This document shows, piece by piece, positions 1 to 9,383 of a stretch of DNA of 64,000 bases. The notes beneath the pieces are model-generated. The model was not told where the DNA came from. It saw only the letters and a program-made list of their open reading frames with translations, and did not search any database. This DNA comes from Planctomycetota bacterium. GTDB taxonomy: Bacteria; Planctomycetota; SZUA-567; H5-PLA8. The stretch covers positions 1 to 64,000 of the forward strand of contig BTVV01000016.1 of assembly GCA_045863855.1 (NCBI GenBank), given 5' to 3'. How positions within the stretch are numbered: the first letter of the stretch is position 1; the number at the start of each line of letters is the position of its first letter. Made by a program: the position numbers and the translations under genes.

Positions 1-262
1 GGACGAAGAGCATGACGTTGGCGTCCTCGCTGACGCCCTTAAAGCGGTGCTGCTCGACTCGGTACTCGTACCAGAAGTGCGTTGGTTGGAACTCTTGGAC
101 GTATCCCCTGCTTTCGCGCTGGAGTTCTCTGATGGAGCGCTTAAGCCGGTCGATTTCCCATTGGAGTTTTCGTCGATTGTTACGTTGGATGCGCTGGACT
201 CGCTCTTCTTGGGATTCTCCAGGCGCTGGGCGTTCGGGGTAGAAGGGCTTAGGTTCTGACAT
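1..262 (-). CDS. Phage hypothetical protein (3' end outside window)
   Basis: Minus-strand ATG at 262 preceded by a strong RBS AAGGAGAGG (268-276). Reads MSEPKPFYPERPAPGESQEERVQRIQRNNRRKLQWEIDRLKRSIRELQ... and is open to the window edge. Not in the ORF track. Confidence 0.65.
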   Translation of the reverse strand, partial: MSEPKPFYPERPAPGESQEERVQRIQRNNRRKLQWEIDRLKRSIRELQRESRGYVQEFQPTHFWYEYRVEQHRFKGVSEDANVMLFV

Positions 263-651
263 ACCGGCCTCTCCTTAGCAGGACTGGGGGTGGGGTTTTC
301 CGAACCAGTTCGGGAAACTACCTCCTGCCCCTTAGAATCGGCAGAAATCTTCTTACCCGAAGGTGGTTTTGGGGTTCCCGAGCCGGTTCGGGAATCACCT
401 TGTCGACCACGATTAGGTGGTAGTGGGGGTTCTTCCAGGCCCAACGCGAGTCGGCACATGAGGTCTCGCGCAGCAGGATCGAGCGGGCGCTTTTTCTGGT
501 ATAGGCTAAGTAAGAAGGCTCGCACTTGAGCGGCAGACCTTGCGTGCCCAAAGCCACGCTCCACGTTAATGATCGTGGGAATGGTTAGACCCGTTGCTTC
601 TGCAATCTGAGTCTGGGTCAATCCAAGGATGTTGCGCGCGTCTCTTAGCAT
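1..651 (-). CDS. Cro/Ner-like XRE-family HTH regulator (3' end uncertain, frame open to window edge)
   Basis: Manual translation from ATG 651: MLRDARNILGLTQTQIAEATGLTIPTIINVERG, a typical HTH_3/XRE pattern. Divergent from the repressor. Followed by a Ser/Pro/Thr-rich tail. Confidence 0.75.
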   Translation of the reverse strand, partial: MLRDARNILGLTQTQIAEATGLTIPTIINVERGFGHARSAAQVRAFLLSLYQKKRPLDPAARDLMCRLALGLEEPPLPPNRGRQGDSRTGSGTPKPPSGKKISADSKGQEVVSRTGSENPTPSPAKERPVCQNLSPSTPNAQRLENPKKSESSASNVTIDENSNGKSTGLSAPSENSSAKAGDTSKSSNQRTSGTSTESSSTALRASARTPTSCSSS

Positions 652-721
652 TACTAAGAGTCTTAGTCGCACTAAGTACGCAGTCAAGAGTGGAACTAAA
701 AGAATCTTTAGTTGCACTAAG
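642..721. promoter_or_regulatory. Three palindromic operators (YTTAG-N5-CTAAG) overlapping divergent promoters
   Basis: CTCTTAG-CATTA-CTAAGAG (642-660), CTTAG-TCGCA-CTAAG (662-676) and TTTAG-TTGCA-CTAAG (707-721). Leftward -35 TTGACT at 682-687 (minus strand). Rightward TTGCAC(712)-N16-TAAGAG(734). Confidence 0.75.
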
Positions 722-745
722 AAAGTCTTGGGTTAAGAGCAGCCC

Positions 746-1606
746 ATGTCTTCGGTGGGGGTAAGAATAGCCGAGGCGCGAAAGCGCCTAGGTATCACTC
801 AGCCCGTGTTGGCTGAAAAGTTAGGCGTTACACCTGGTGCGGTTGGTCAATGGGAGGCCGGACATTTTAAGCCAGGTAGAGATCGACTCCATTCCATAGC
901 AACAGTACTCGGCGTCACAACTGATTGGCTGTTGTGTCGCACCGATGATCCCAAGGGTAGGATTATTACAGGCGTCGGAGGAATACAAAGCTTGGAATCC
1001 TTTGGGACACCTAAGGTTATACAAGTAGATGCGTCGCGCCTAAGTGACGCTGATTTAGCACAGGAGGTATCCGAGAGATTGAAACGGAAGAAACGTCCCG
1101 CCCGCGATCCCCTTGCGATTGGCAACGCCAAAGTCGTACAAATGCCCAAGAGTCATAAGGTTCCCGTGCAACTTGGCGTGGCTGATCACCAGAAGGGATC
1201 TGTCGTGACCCCCGATGCCGTCGAGGTGGACGTTCGTTTCGCGCGCACAGACCATTACTGCTTAAAGATTTACGGCAGGTCCATGGAACCACGCCTCTAC
1301 GAAGGCGATACCGTAGTCGTTAAAAAGATGGACCTGTACCTTCCGCCCTACATCGAAGACGAAAGGCCTCCTGCGCCGCCAGGCCCTTGGAAGGCGTTGC
1401 ACTCCAAGATCGTTGTGGCCTTGGTTAACGAGGACGATGCCTACCTCGTAAAGCGTTTGAGGGTATCAAGTAGGAAGGACACGGGTTTTAAGCTCTGGCT
1501 TGTTGGCGATAACCCAGCTAGTGAGCCCGTTGAGATATCGAAAGAACACAGCCTGCGCCTGGTTGGTCGCGTGGTTCAGATCATGAGCGACCCGGACCGG
1601 ACCTAG
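746..1606 (+). CDS. CI-like phage repressor (HTH_3 + S24 peptidase domain)
   Basis: N-terminal RIAEARKRLGITQPVLAEKLGVTPGAVGQWEAG HTH. C-terminal GRSMEP (catalytic Ser) and LVKRL (catalytic Lys), ending ...LVGRVV. Confidence 0.92.
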   Translation: MSSVGVRIAEARKRLGITQPVLAEKLGVTPGAVGQWEAGHFKPGRDRLHSIATVLGVTTDWLLCRTDDPKGRIITGVGGIQSLESFGTPKVIQVDASRLSDADLAQEVSERLKRKKRPARDPLAIGNAKVVQMPKSHKVPVQLGVADHQKGSVVTPDAVEVDVRFARTDHYCLKIYGRSMEPRLYEGDTVVVKKMDLYLPPYIEDERPPAPPGPWKALHSKIVVALVNEDDAYLVKRLRVSSRKDTGFKLWLVGDNPASEPVEISKEHSLRLVGRVVQIMSDPDRT

Positions 1607-1722
1607 CCATTCGCTGATCAAAGCGGCCCGCGCCCGCCGTCAAAACCGCCATTCGCTGCCCGTTTTCTATTCACTCTCCGCCATTTACGACGCTGCGCCT
1701 AGACTTACGACGATCTTTTCCA
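1606..1722. repeat. Short direct repeats at the element end (candidate transposase-binding sites)
   Basis: GCCATTCGCTG at 1606-1616 and 1648-1658. TTACGACG at 1685-1692 and 1705-1712 (20-bp period). Terminal CA at 1721-1722. Confidence 0.55.
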
Positions 1723-3585
1723 GCGGATGCCCTCGCCCTCACCGCCGCACTGTTATGGTGCGCGCACCCGCTGGGGGTGGCTTGCACCTCCTTTATCGTT
1801 CAGCGCGCACAGTCGCTGATGGCGCTCTTTTACCTGTTCACGCTCTATGCGTCGGTGCGCGCGTTTACCGCCAGGCCGCCGGGCGTCTGGGTGCTGGTGG
1901 CCGTGTTGGCGTGCGTATTGGGGATGGGTTGCAAGCAGGATATGGTTTCCGCGCCGGTCATGGTGCTGTTGCTGGATGCGGTCCTGGTTTCAGGCAGTTT
2001 GCGTGAAGCACTGCGCCGCCGCTGGGTGCTGCACCTGGGTCTGCTGGCGTGCTGGATTCCATTGGGTTTTTTGGTGGCCTACGGAGGCATGCCGACCATA
2101 GTCGAAGAGGCCGTTGACCTGGCTTGGACGCGCGCAGAATACGGGCGCACGCAGTTCGGAAACATCTTCTTCTATTTGCAATTGGCGGTATGGCCCAGCG
2201 GGCTGAGCATGCAGCACTATCGCCCGGTGGCCGAAGGCTGGCTGGAGGTGGGATTACCGGCGGCCGTGGTGGTTGGAATGCTGGCGCTGACCGGTTGGGG
2301 GCTGTGGCGCCGCAGGTGCTGGTCGCTTCCCATGGCGTTTTTCTTCATGGCCTTGGCCCCTTCGACGAGCTTGTTTCCCACCGGTGAAATCGCCGACGAA
2401 AGGCGCATGTACCTGCCGCTGGCCGGAGTGAGCGTGCTGGCGGTCGGGGGCATTTGGCATGTGTGGTTGCGCGGTTCCGGCGAAAGCTCAAGACCGCGCT
2501 GGAAACCTATGCTGGCTTGGCTGGCCGTAATCGCGCTGGCGCTCCTGTGGAGCGCGCTGACCGTGCGCCGAAACCGTATCTTCGAGAGCCACGCCACATT
2601 CTGGAGGAGCGTCGCAGAAGCGTACCCGAACTCGCCGCGCGGCCACAACAATCTGGGCATCGTGCTTGAGCGGTTGGGGCAACTGTCCGAAGCCAAGGCA
2701 TGCTTTGAACAGGCGGTGAAGGTCGGTCCTGAACACGCTTGGGCCAACCTCAATCTCGGGAATCTGTTGCTCCGCGAAGGACGCACGGAAGAAGCATTAC
2801 GGCATCTGGAGGTCGCGCGCCGCGAGCCGTTTTTGGCTTCGCGCGCGGGACTGCATCTCAATTACGGCGCCGCGTTCTTGCAGCTTGGCCGGCTTGAAGA
2901 GGCTGATCGGGCGATTCGGCGAGGCTTGGAAGTCGATACCAACCACGCGGGGCTGCGCGTCAATCTGGCTTTGCTGCGCATCCGGGAGGAATGCTGGGAC
3001 GAAGCGCGCACGCTGCTGGAAGAAACGGTCGCGGCGCACGGCGGCGAAGCCGAGGCGTTCGCATACCTGGGTTGGCTTCATGCGCGCGAAGGTCGTCTGG
3101 CGGACGCTCTGCCGCTGCTGGAACGCGCGTGCGCGCTAAAGCCGCGTTGGGATTACGCATTGGAGAATCGCGCGCGCGTGGCGCAGATGCTGATCGCGCA
3201 GCGCGCCGACGCGCATGTTCGAAACGGTTGGGAGCGCTGTGGCGAAGGGAAGCTCGAGGACGGCTTGCGGGAGTTGTACTACGCGTTGCGTCTGGCGCCC
3301 GATCACGCGCTGGCCAAGCATTACGTTTCCGTCGCACGCCAGAAAGCCGAAGAAAATATGGCCTTGGACGAGACCGAAGATCCTATGAAGGCGGCTGACT
3401 TGGCGGCGGCCTTTGCCGTCGAAGACGCGTGGGACGAAGCCCGGCGTTGGGCCGAAAACGCCTTGCTCCTCGCAAAGGCCGCCCGCGACGAGAAGCGTGC
3501 TCAAACGGTCCGCGATAGGCTCGCGCTGTACGAGCAGAAACTCGCTTTTCCGCTTCCCGCGTTAGATACCGGTGCGCGACCATGA
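1723..3585 (+). pseudogene. 5'-truncated TMTC-like GT-C/TPR glycosyltransferase
   Basis: In-frame ADALALTAALLWCAHPLGVACTSFIVQRAQSLM from 1723 aligns to an internal part of the neighbouring paralogs (HAEGLALAVALVWIVHP...QRVQALM). The first ~130 aa, including the DD loop, are absent. ERRMYLP motif and TPRs are present. Confidence 0.8.
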
Positions 3586-5828
3586 GTTTAGCGGCGCCGC
3601 AGGCAGATGATCCTTCGCCGCGCGCGGCGCTGAGTATACTCGCGCCGCTCCTCTTAGTTGCGGCGGGCGTTACCGTCTATTCGAACAGCTTTGGCGGTGT
3701 TTTCGTGCACGACGACTGGACCATCGTGATCGACAATCCGAAGATTCAAAAGCTCTGGCCGCCATGGGAAGCCATTTACGGTTATCCGGATTCCCAATCG
3801 CCCGATCGTCCGGTGGGCGCTTACACCCTGGCCGTCAGCTATGCCTTGAGCGGGTATCAGCCCTGGGGCTACCACCTCGTCAATTTACTGATCCATCTCC
3901 TGACGGGATTGACGTTGTATGGATTGATGCGCAGGACGCTTAAGCTGGAATCGTTGCACGCGCGGGTGGGCGAGCACGCCGAAGGCCTGGCCTTGGCGGT
4001 CGCGCTGGTTTGGATCGTGCATCCGGTATGTGTGGTTTGCGTGACGTACACTATTCAACGCGTGCAGGCGCTGATGAGCCTATTCTACCTACTGACCTTA
4101 TATACGGCACTGCGCGGCTTCCTGTCTTCACGGCCTTGGCGTTGGTATGCGGCCTGTGGGATAGCGTGCCTCCTGGGCATGGGCTGCAAGCAGGATATGG
4201 CCACCGCTCCCCTTGGAGTCTTTGTCTTTGATGCGGTACTTGTCTCATGGGGCTGGCGCTTGGCGTGGCGGAACCACAAAGCGTTGTATGCGCTTCTGGC
4301 GCTGACGTGGTTGCCGTTGGCGGTTCTGGTGGCGCGAGGGCGCATGCAAGGCGTCGTTGGCCAGGTGCTGGAGCAAAAGTGGTCGCACGGGCAGTACTTG
4401 CTCAATCAGTTCGATGCACACCTGCTTTACCTGAAGCTTTCGATTTTCCCGTTTCCCACGAGCTTTCAGCACTATCGCGACGTTTGCGACACGCCGGCGG
4501 AGGTGCTTCTGCCCATGGCGCCGATCGCTCTGGCAGCAGGACTCACACTGTGGGGCTTGTGGAAGCGCCGCGCGTGGTCGGTACCGGCGGCGCTTTTCTT
4601 CTTAGTGTTGGCTCCGTCGAGCAGTTTCCTGGCGCTTCCGGCGCGGGCGGAAGAGCGCCGCATGTATCTGCCTGTGGCCGCGCCGGTGGCAATCCTGATT
4701 GTAGGCGCAAGTACGCTGATTCTTAATCGAGGGATGCGCGGACGAACCCTGGGCCTATTGGGCTTGGTGCTGATTGGAGCATGGGCCGGCGCCTTAGGCG
4801 TCTTGACGCTTCGGCGCAACATGCTCTTCGAAAGCGGTCGAACCCTTTGGGAAGACGTGCAGCGGAACTATCCTCGGGCGCCTTTGGCATACAACGAGCT
4901 TGGATTTCACCTCGATCGGCGCGGACATGCAGAGCAGGCCGAGGAACAATTTCGTAATTGCCTTGCGGTGGAACCAGGGCATCCGCTGGGAAGTTTGAAT
5001 CTTGCGTCCCATTTGCTGAAACGTGGAGAGTTTCACGAAGCGCTGCCTTTGCTGGAGGCCGTACAGGACGATCCACGCATACGTCATTATCCGGATTTCT
5101 ATCTGAGTTACGGAGGCGCGCTGCTTCAAGTCGGACGTCTGGAGGATGCCGAGAGGTGGTTGCGGCGCGGACTGGAGTTGGTTCCGTCCGACGCGCGCTT
5201 ATGGATCAACTTGGGCATGGTGTATGAAGCGAGTCAGGCAGACGAAGCGGCTTTGGATGCTTTTCGCCAAGCCATGGTGATAAATCCGAATTGGCACGAG
5301 CCCTGTTTGCGATTGGGTGCGGCGCTGGCCAGGCAGGGAAAGCTCGAAGAAGCGCTGGCCTACCTGGAGAATGCGTATCGCCTGCGCCCAGACGATCCCG
5401 CGGCCGCACGCGCATTCGCGCACGGACGGGGGCAGTTGCAGATGCGGCAGGCCGACGGACATGTCAAGCGCGGTTGGGAGGCGAGCTTGGCGGGGCGTAT
5501 GGAAGAAGGGCTGCGTGAGATCTATTACGCGCAGCGTCTGCTGCCAGAACATCCTCAGGCGCGCCATTACGCTAAAGTGCTGCGCGAGAAGGCCAACGAA
5601 CGATTCCAGGCGCTCGGTACCGAAGAGGACTCGACGTCGGCGCTTCTCCTGCTGGCGCTGGCCTTTGCCACGGAAGGAAACTACGAGGAGGCGGTGAGCA
5701 TCGGAAGACTGGCGGCGGCAAGCGCCGAAGCGCAGAAGCGTCCCGACCAAGCGGAGTCCATCCTTGCGCGCGTGCGCGCATTTGAACGAGGCGAGGCCTT
5801 TCCTCCGCCTGCCGAGGTTCGGCCTTGA
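3582..5828 (+). CDS. TMTC-like membrane glycosyltransferase (GT-C) with TPR repeats
   Basis: FVHDDW acidic loop, YHLVNLLIH, WIVHP, ERRMYLP, many TM helices, C-terminal TPRs. Start overlaps the previous stop (ATGA). Confidence 0.85.
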   Translation: MSLAAPQADDPSPRAALSILAPLLLVAAGVTVYSNSFGGVFVHDDWTIVIDNPKIQKLWPPWEAIYGYPDSQSPDRPVGAYTLAVSYALSGYQPWGYHLVNLLIHLLTGLTLYGLMRRTLKLESLHARVGEHAEGLALAVALVWIVHPVCVVCVTYTIQRVQALMSLFYLLTLYTALRGFLSSRPWRWYAACGIACLLGMGCKQDMATAPLGVFVFDAVLVSWGWRLAWRNHKALYALLALTWLPLAVLVARGRMQGVVGQVLEQKWSHGQYLLNQFDAHLLYLKLSIFPFPTSFQHYRDVCDTPAEVLLPMAPIALAAGLTLWGLWKRRAWSVPAALFFLVLAPSSSFLALPARAEERRMYLPVAAPVAILIVGASTLILNRGMRGRTLGLLGLVLIGAWAGALGVLTLRRNMLFESGRTLWEDVQRNYPRAPLAYNELGFHLDRRGHAEQAEEQFRNCLAVEPGHPLGSLNLASHLLKRGEFHEALPLLEAVQDDPRIRHYPDFYLSYGGALLQVGRLEDAERWLRRGLELVPSDARLWINLGMVYEASQADEAALDAFRQAMVINPNWHEPCLRLGAALARQGKLEEALAYLENAYRLRPDDPAAARAFAHGRGQLQMRQADGHVKRGWEASLAGRMEEGLREIYYAQRLLPEHPQARHYAKVLREKANERFQALGTEEDSTSALLLLALAFATEGNYEEAVSIGRLAAASAEAQKRPDQAESILARVRAFERGEAFPPPAEVRP

Positions 5829-6742
5829 GCGCAGCGGAGGAAGGTACGTGGCGCTGGCGCATGGCCGCTTGGGTTTTCGGTGGCCTGGTGCTTACGGCAT
5901 CCCTGGCCGTGGTCTGGCGTGAACTGGGAAGCTCCGCATTGTGGCGCGATCGCGCGCACGAGAGTGCCGATCGCGCGCTCCTTTTCATCGCGCTGTATCC
6001 CGGACATGCGTTGCGCGAAGTCCCGCACGTATTCTTGCTGGGGCTATGCTGGCTGGCCGGTTTGAGTGGACCGCGAACCTGGCGGGAAGCGTGGGCTCAG
6101 TGTGGCCGCAGTGCGGCTTTCGCGGCAGCTTTCACGGCGCTCTTGGCGGGATGGTCCGGTCTTGAGGACGGTTGGGATGCGGCTTGGCTCAATCTTTCGC
6201 AAGGCCACGCGGCCCCGGGGCTCACCGAGGCGGGCGTGCATTTCCGCTTTCATTTGTGGAGCGACCTGGCCTTGGGCGGGATCTTTTTCGGCGTGGGACG
6301 TTGCCTGGCGCCCCTAGATCGATCCCATGGAGCCCGGGGATTGGCGTTGGCCATAGGCTTATTTTTGTGCATGTTGCTGCGATGGGGAGCGGACGGCGCT
6401 TGGTCGCCTCGGTTCGCCGGGCACCAAGCTCGCGAGATTTTCACGCACGTTTTGGTTACGCTGCCGTTGCTTGCTGGATTTGCCTGGCAGGTGGGCCGAG
6501 CGGCCGCGCCTGATTTTCACCGCCCTGCGGCTTGGCTGGGGTGGGGCGTCGGCGCCGGACTGTGCGTGGCGATTGGAGTGCGCGTGCTAAGCGTCGATAT
6601 CATGGCCTTTTCATCGGATCCCAGTCGCGGCGTGGCGCTGAATCTGGCCGCGCATCAGTTCGAGCATCTGTTGGATTTCGCGATGCTCGCGGGCATGACC
6701 GCTTTGGGCGGCTTTGCCGCGGAGTCGCACAAATCGGCATGA
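5825..6742 (+). CDS. Polytopic membrane protein with duplicated His/Glu motifs
   Basis: Many hydrophobic segments. Motifs GHALREVPH / GHQAREIFTH and HFRFHLWSD / HQFEHLLD. Translationally coupled to both neighbours. Confidence 0.7.
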   Translation: MSAAEEGTWRWRMAAWVFGGLVLTASLAVVWRELGSSALWRDRAHESADRALLFIALYPGHALREVPHVFLLGLCWLAGLSGPRTWREAWAQCGRSAAFAAAFTALLAGWSGLEDGWDAAWLNLSQGHAAPGLTEAGVHFRFHLWSDLALGGIFFGVGRCLAPLDRSHGARGLALAIGLFLCMLLRWGADGAWSPRFAGHQAREIFTHVLVTLPLLAGFAWQVGRAAAPDFHRPAAWLGWGVGAGLCVAIGVRVLSVDIMAFSSDPSRGVALNLAAHQFEHLLDFAMLAGMTALGGFAAESHKSA

Positions 6743-8871
6743 ACGATTCTTTCACCGATTCCTGGTCGCGCGCCGTGCGCGCGGGCCTCGCGGTGTTGCT
6801 CATGGCAGCCACGGTCGCCGTGTACGCCAATGCATTCGGCGGCATCTTCATTTTCGATGACTTCGACGCGGTGCTTTACAATACCCATATTCGCGGGCTA
6901 ACGCCGATTTCGCGCTTCTTGAACGCTCCTCCCAGCAGCACGGCGAGCGACCGCCCGTTGCTTTCGTTTACCTTGGCACTGAGCTATGCGTGGAGCGGCT
7001 ATGAGACATGGGGCTATCACGCTTTCAACGTAGCGCTGCATGCCGCTTCGGGACTGCTGCTCTTCGGACTCCTGCGGCGCACCTTCCTTCGTCCGTTGTG
7101 CCGCGAGCACTTCGCCTCCAACGCCACGCCGCTGGCCTTTGCAGCCGCCCTTTTGTGGCTGGTTCACCCGCTTCAAACGACTTGCGTTACCTATATCGTG
7201 CAGCGCACCGAGGCCTTGGGCGCATTCTTTATCCTGCTGACGCTTTACGCCTCGGTGCGGCGATTGGAACCGAGTGCATCGCGAATCTGGAGCGTAATGG
7301 CCTTCGTGGCATGTTGCCTGGGTGTGCTGGCCAAGGAGACTGTGGCCGTGGCGCCGGTCCTCGCGCTCCTTTACCACGGGCTTTTTTCGCAAGCCGGCTT
7401 CCAAGGGTTGCGGAGTCAGGCACGCTACTTCGTGGCGTTGTTTGCCACCTGGTCTCTAATTGGGATCACAGTGCTGACCGGTGAACGCATCAACATGGTC
7501 TCGAACCATGCGGAGCATAACTCGCCGTTTGCCTACCTATGCACGCAAGCCGGGGTAATTGTGTACTACCTCAAACTGGCCTTTTGGCCGGACCGGCTCT
7601 GCTTTGTGTACGACTGGCCGTACGTTCGCAATGTATCGAGCGTTGTCATTCCTGGACTTGGAGTGGTCGCTTTGCTCGCGGCAACGGTGTTGGGTTATTT
7701 ACGCCGGCAAGCGTGGAGTTTTTTGGGCGTGCTCTTTTTTCTGGCATTGGCGCCTTCGTCGAGCCTGGTGGTGCTGGCTCTGCGCGCCGACGAGCATCGC
7801 ATGTACCTCGCTTTGGCGGCACCCGTGACGCTTGTGGTATGCGGATGCTACCGGCTGGGCGTGGCATGCTTTGCCCGGGGGCGTTGGCCGGCAACAGTAA
7901 CGACCGTGCTTGCGGCGGTCGTGCTGGTTGCCTCAGCTCTTGCATTGGGTAGACAAACCCGGCAAGCGAACGAACTGTACCGCGACGAACGCACACTCTG
8001 GCTTGACGTGCTCGATCAGGAACCGCACAACGGACGCGCGCACCTGGGATTGGGCATGGAGCGGTTGAAAAACCAAAAGGGCATCGAAGCGCTGCCGTTG
8101 CTCCTGATGGCTTACGCGCGCATGCCGGATGCGGCGACGGTGCTCAATGCCTTGGGCGCCGCGCTGATCTTACGCGGACAGCACGAGGCGGCGCGGCCGC
8201 TGCTTCAAACCGCTACAGAGAACAATCCCCGCTTCGTCGATGCACAGAATAACTTGGGCATGGTGCTGGCTACACTGGGCGATTTGAATGGCGCCGAACG
8301 CCACCTCCTGCGCGCGATCGAACTCAGCCCCGATCTGCCTGAACCGTATATGTACATGGGCTGGGTGCGGATTCGGCAGAAGCGCTACGCGGAGGCGCTC
8401 GATTTTCTTGAGCACGCCCTGCAGCTCAATCCCAACCTGACCGATGCGAAGAACTACTTCGATGCCGCCGAGCGCGCGCTGGTGCAAGATGCCGTGGCGC
8501 GCACGTCCCTGCAGGTCAAGCGCGCTTGGGAGCGTTGTCAGGACGGTCGTTGGATCGAGGGCCTCGAATTGCTGTATCGCGCGCGCCGTCTTTTGCCGCA
8601 GCACCCTGAGGCCGCCCATTATTTGAAGGTAGTTACGGATAAGGCCGAGTCCGATATCGGAGCTTCAGAGACTCCAGAGCCGGAGTTGCTCCACGTGTTG
8701 GCTACCGCCTATGCCGTCCAAGGCCGCTTCGAAGAGGCGGTACAAGTGGGGGAACTCGCTTGGCGCGCAGCCGAAGCTTCCGATCAAGCCGAAATGGCCG
8801 CGAAGCTCAAGTGGCGTGCGGAACTCTTCAAGCAAGGCAAGCCGTTTCCGGACCAGCCCGCGGATCGTTAG
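6739..8871 (+). CDS. TMTC-like membrane glycosyltransferase (GT-C) with TPR repeats
   Basis: Start reassigned to ATG 6739 (MNDSFTD), overlapping the upstream stop. FIFDDF, YHAFNVALH, WLVHPLQ, EHRMYL motifs and TPRs. Confidence 0.85.
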   Translation: MNDSFTDSWSRAVRAGLAVLLMAATVAVYANAFGGIFIFDDFDAVLYNTHIRGLTPISRFLNAPPSSTASDRPLLSFTLALSYAWSGYETWGYHAFNVALHAASGLLLFGLLRRTFLRPLCREHFASNATPLAFAAALLWLVHPLQTTCVTYIVQRTEALGAFFILLTLYASVRRLEPSASRIWSVMAFVACCLGVLAKETVAVAPVLALLYHGLFSQAGFQGLRSQARYFVALFATWSLIGITVLTGERINMVSNHAEHNSPFAYLCTQAGVIVYYLKLAFWPDRLCFVYDWPYVRNVSSVVIPGLGVVALLAATVLGYLRRQAWSFLGVLFFLALAPSSSLVVLALRADEHRMYLALAAPVTLVVCGCYRLGVACFARGRWPATVTTVLAAVVLVASALALGRQTRQANELYRDERTLWLDVLDQEPHNGRAHLGLGMERLKNQKGIEALPLLLMAYARMPDAATVLNALGAALILRGQHEAARPLLQTATENNPRFVDAQNNLGMVLATLGDLNGAERHLLRAIELSPDLPEPYMYMGWVRIRQKRYAEALDFLEHALQLNPNLTDAKNYFDAAERALVQDAVARTSLQVKRAWERCQDGRWIEGLELLYRARRLLPQHPEAAHYLKVVTDKAESDIGASETPEPELLHVLATAYAVQGRFEEAVQVGELAWRAAEASDQAEMAAKLKWRAELFKQGKPFPDQPADR

Positions 8872-8877
8872 GGCGGT

Positions 8878-9174
8878 TCAGACCAATGCGGCGGCCAGTT
8901 TTTCCATCCGCTGGGCCAATTCGAAATCCTTGGCGCTTATGCCTCCGGCGTCGTGTGTCGTTAACTCCACTTTGACCGTGTGGTACACGTTGAACCATTC
9001 GGGGTGGTGATTCATCGATTCGGCCACCAGCGCGGCTTGCGTCATGAAGCCGAACGCGGTGATGAAATCCGCAAAGCGATACTCGCGATACAGTTTGCCT
9101 TCCTTCAATTTCCAGGCAGGCAACGCTTTGAGCGCCGCCTCGATCTCGGCCTGTGTGGACCGTGGGGTACTCAT
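8878..9174 (-). CDS. phhB: Pterin-4-alpha-carbinolamine dehydratase
   Basis: AESMNHHPEWFNVYHTVKVELTTHDAGG..KDFELA signature. Confidence 0.95.
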   Translation of the reverse strand: MSTPRSTQAEIEAALKALPAWKLKEGKLYREYRFADFITAFGFMTQAALVAESMNHHPEWFNVYHTVKVELTTHDAGGISAKDFELAQRMEKLAAALV

Positions 9175-9383
9175 GGCTTCCTCCCTCTACGGAGTCTGAA
9201 CTATGTTCTCCGCACCATGAATCCTACCATGCGCTTGTGCAAAACCCATAGAGCACCGGTGCAATGCGATTTGAATCGAAGTTTGTGCGGAGTCCGATAT
9301 TGAAGGTGCGCCGTCTCGGGGTATTACAGGGCCTTTCAAGTCCATAGGCACTGTTGTGTACTCGTTCACCTTGAGCGACTCGC

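Larger units (their letters stand above)
1..1722. mobile_element. End of a prophage, probably Mu-like/transposable (repressor end)
   Basis: Visibly lower GC than the rest of the window. Divergent XRE/repressor pair with operators. Repressor stop lies ~115 bp from an abrupt junction ending in CA (1721-1722), followed by the middle of a host gene. No integrase at this end. Confidence 0.75.
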
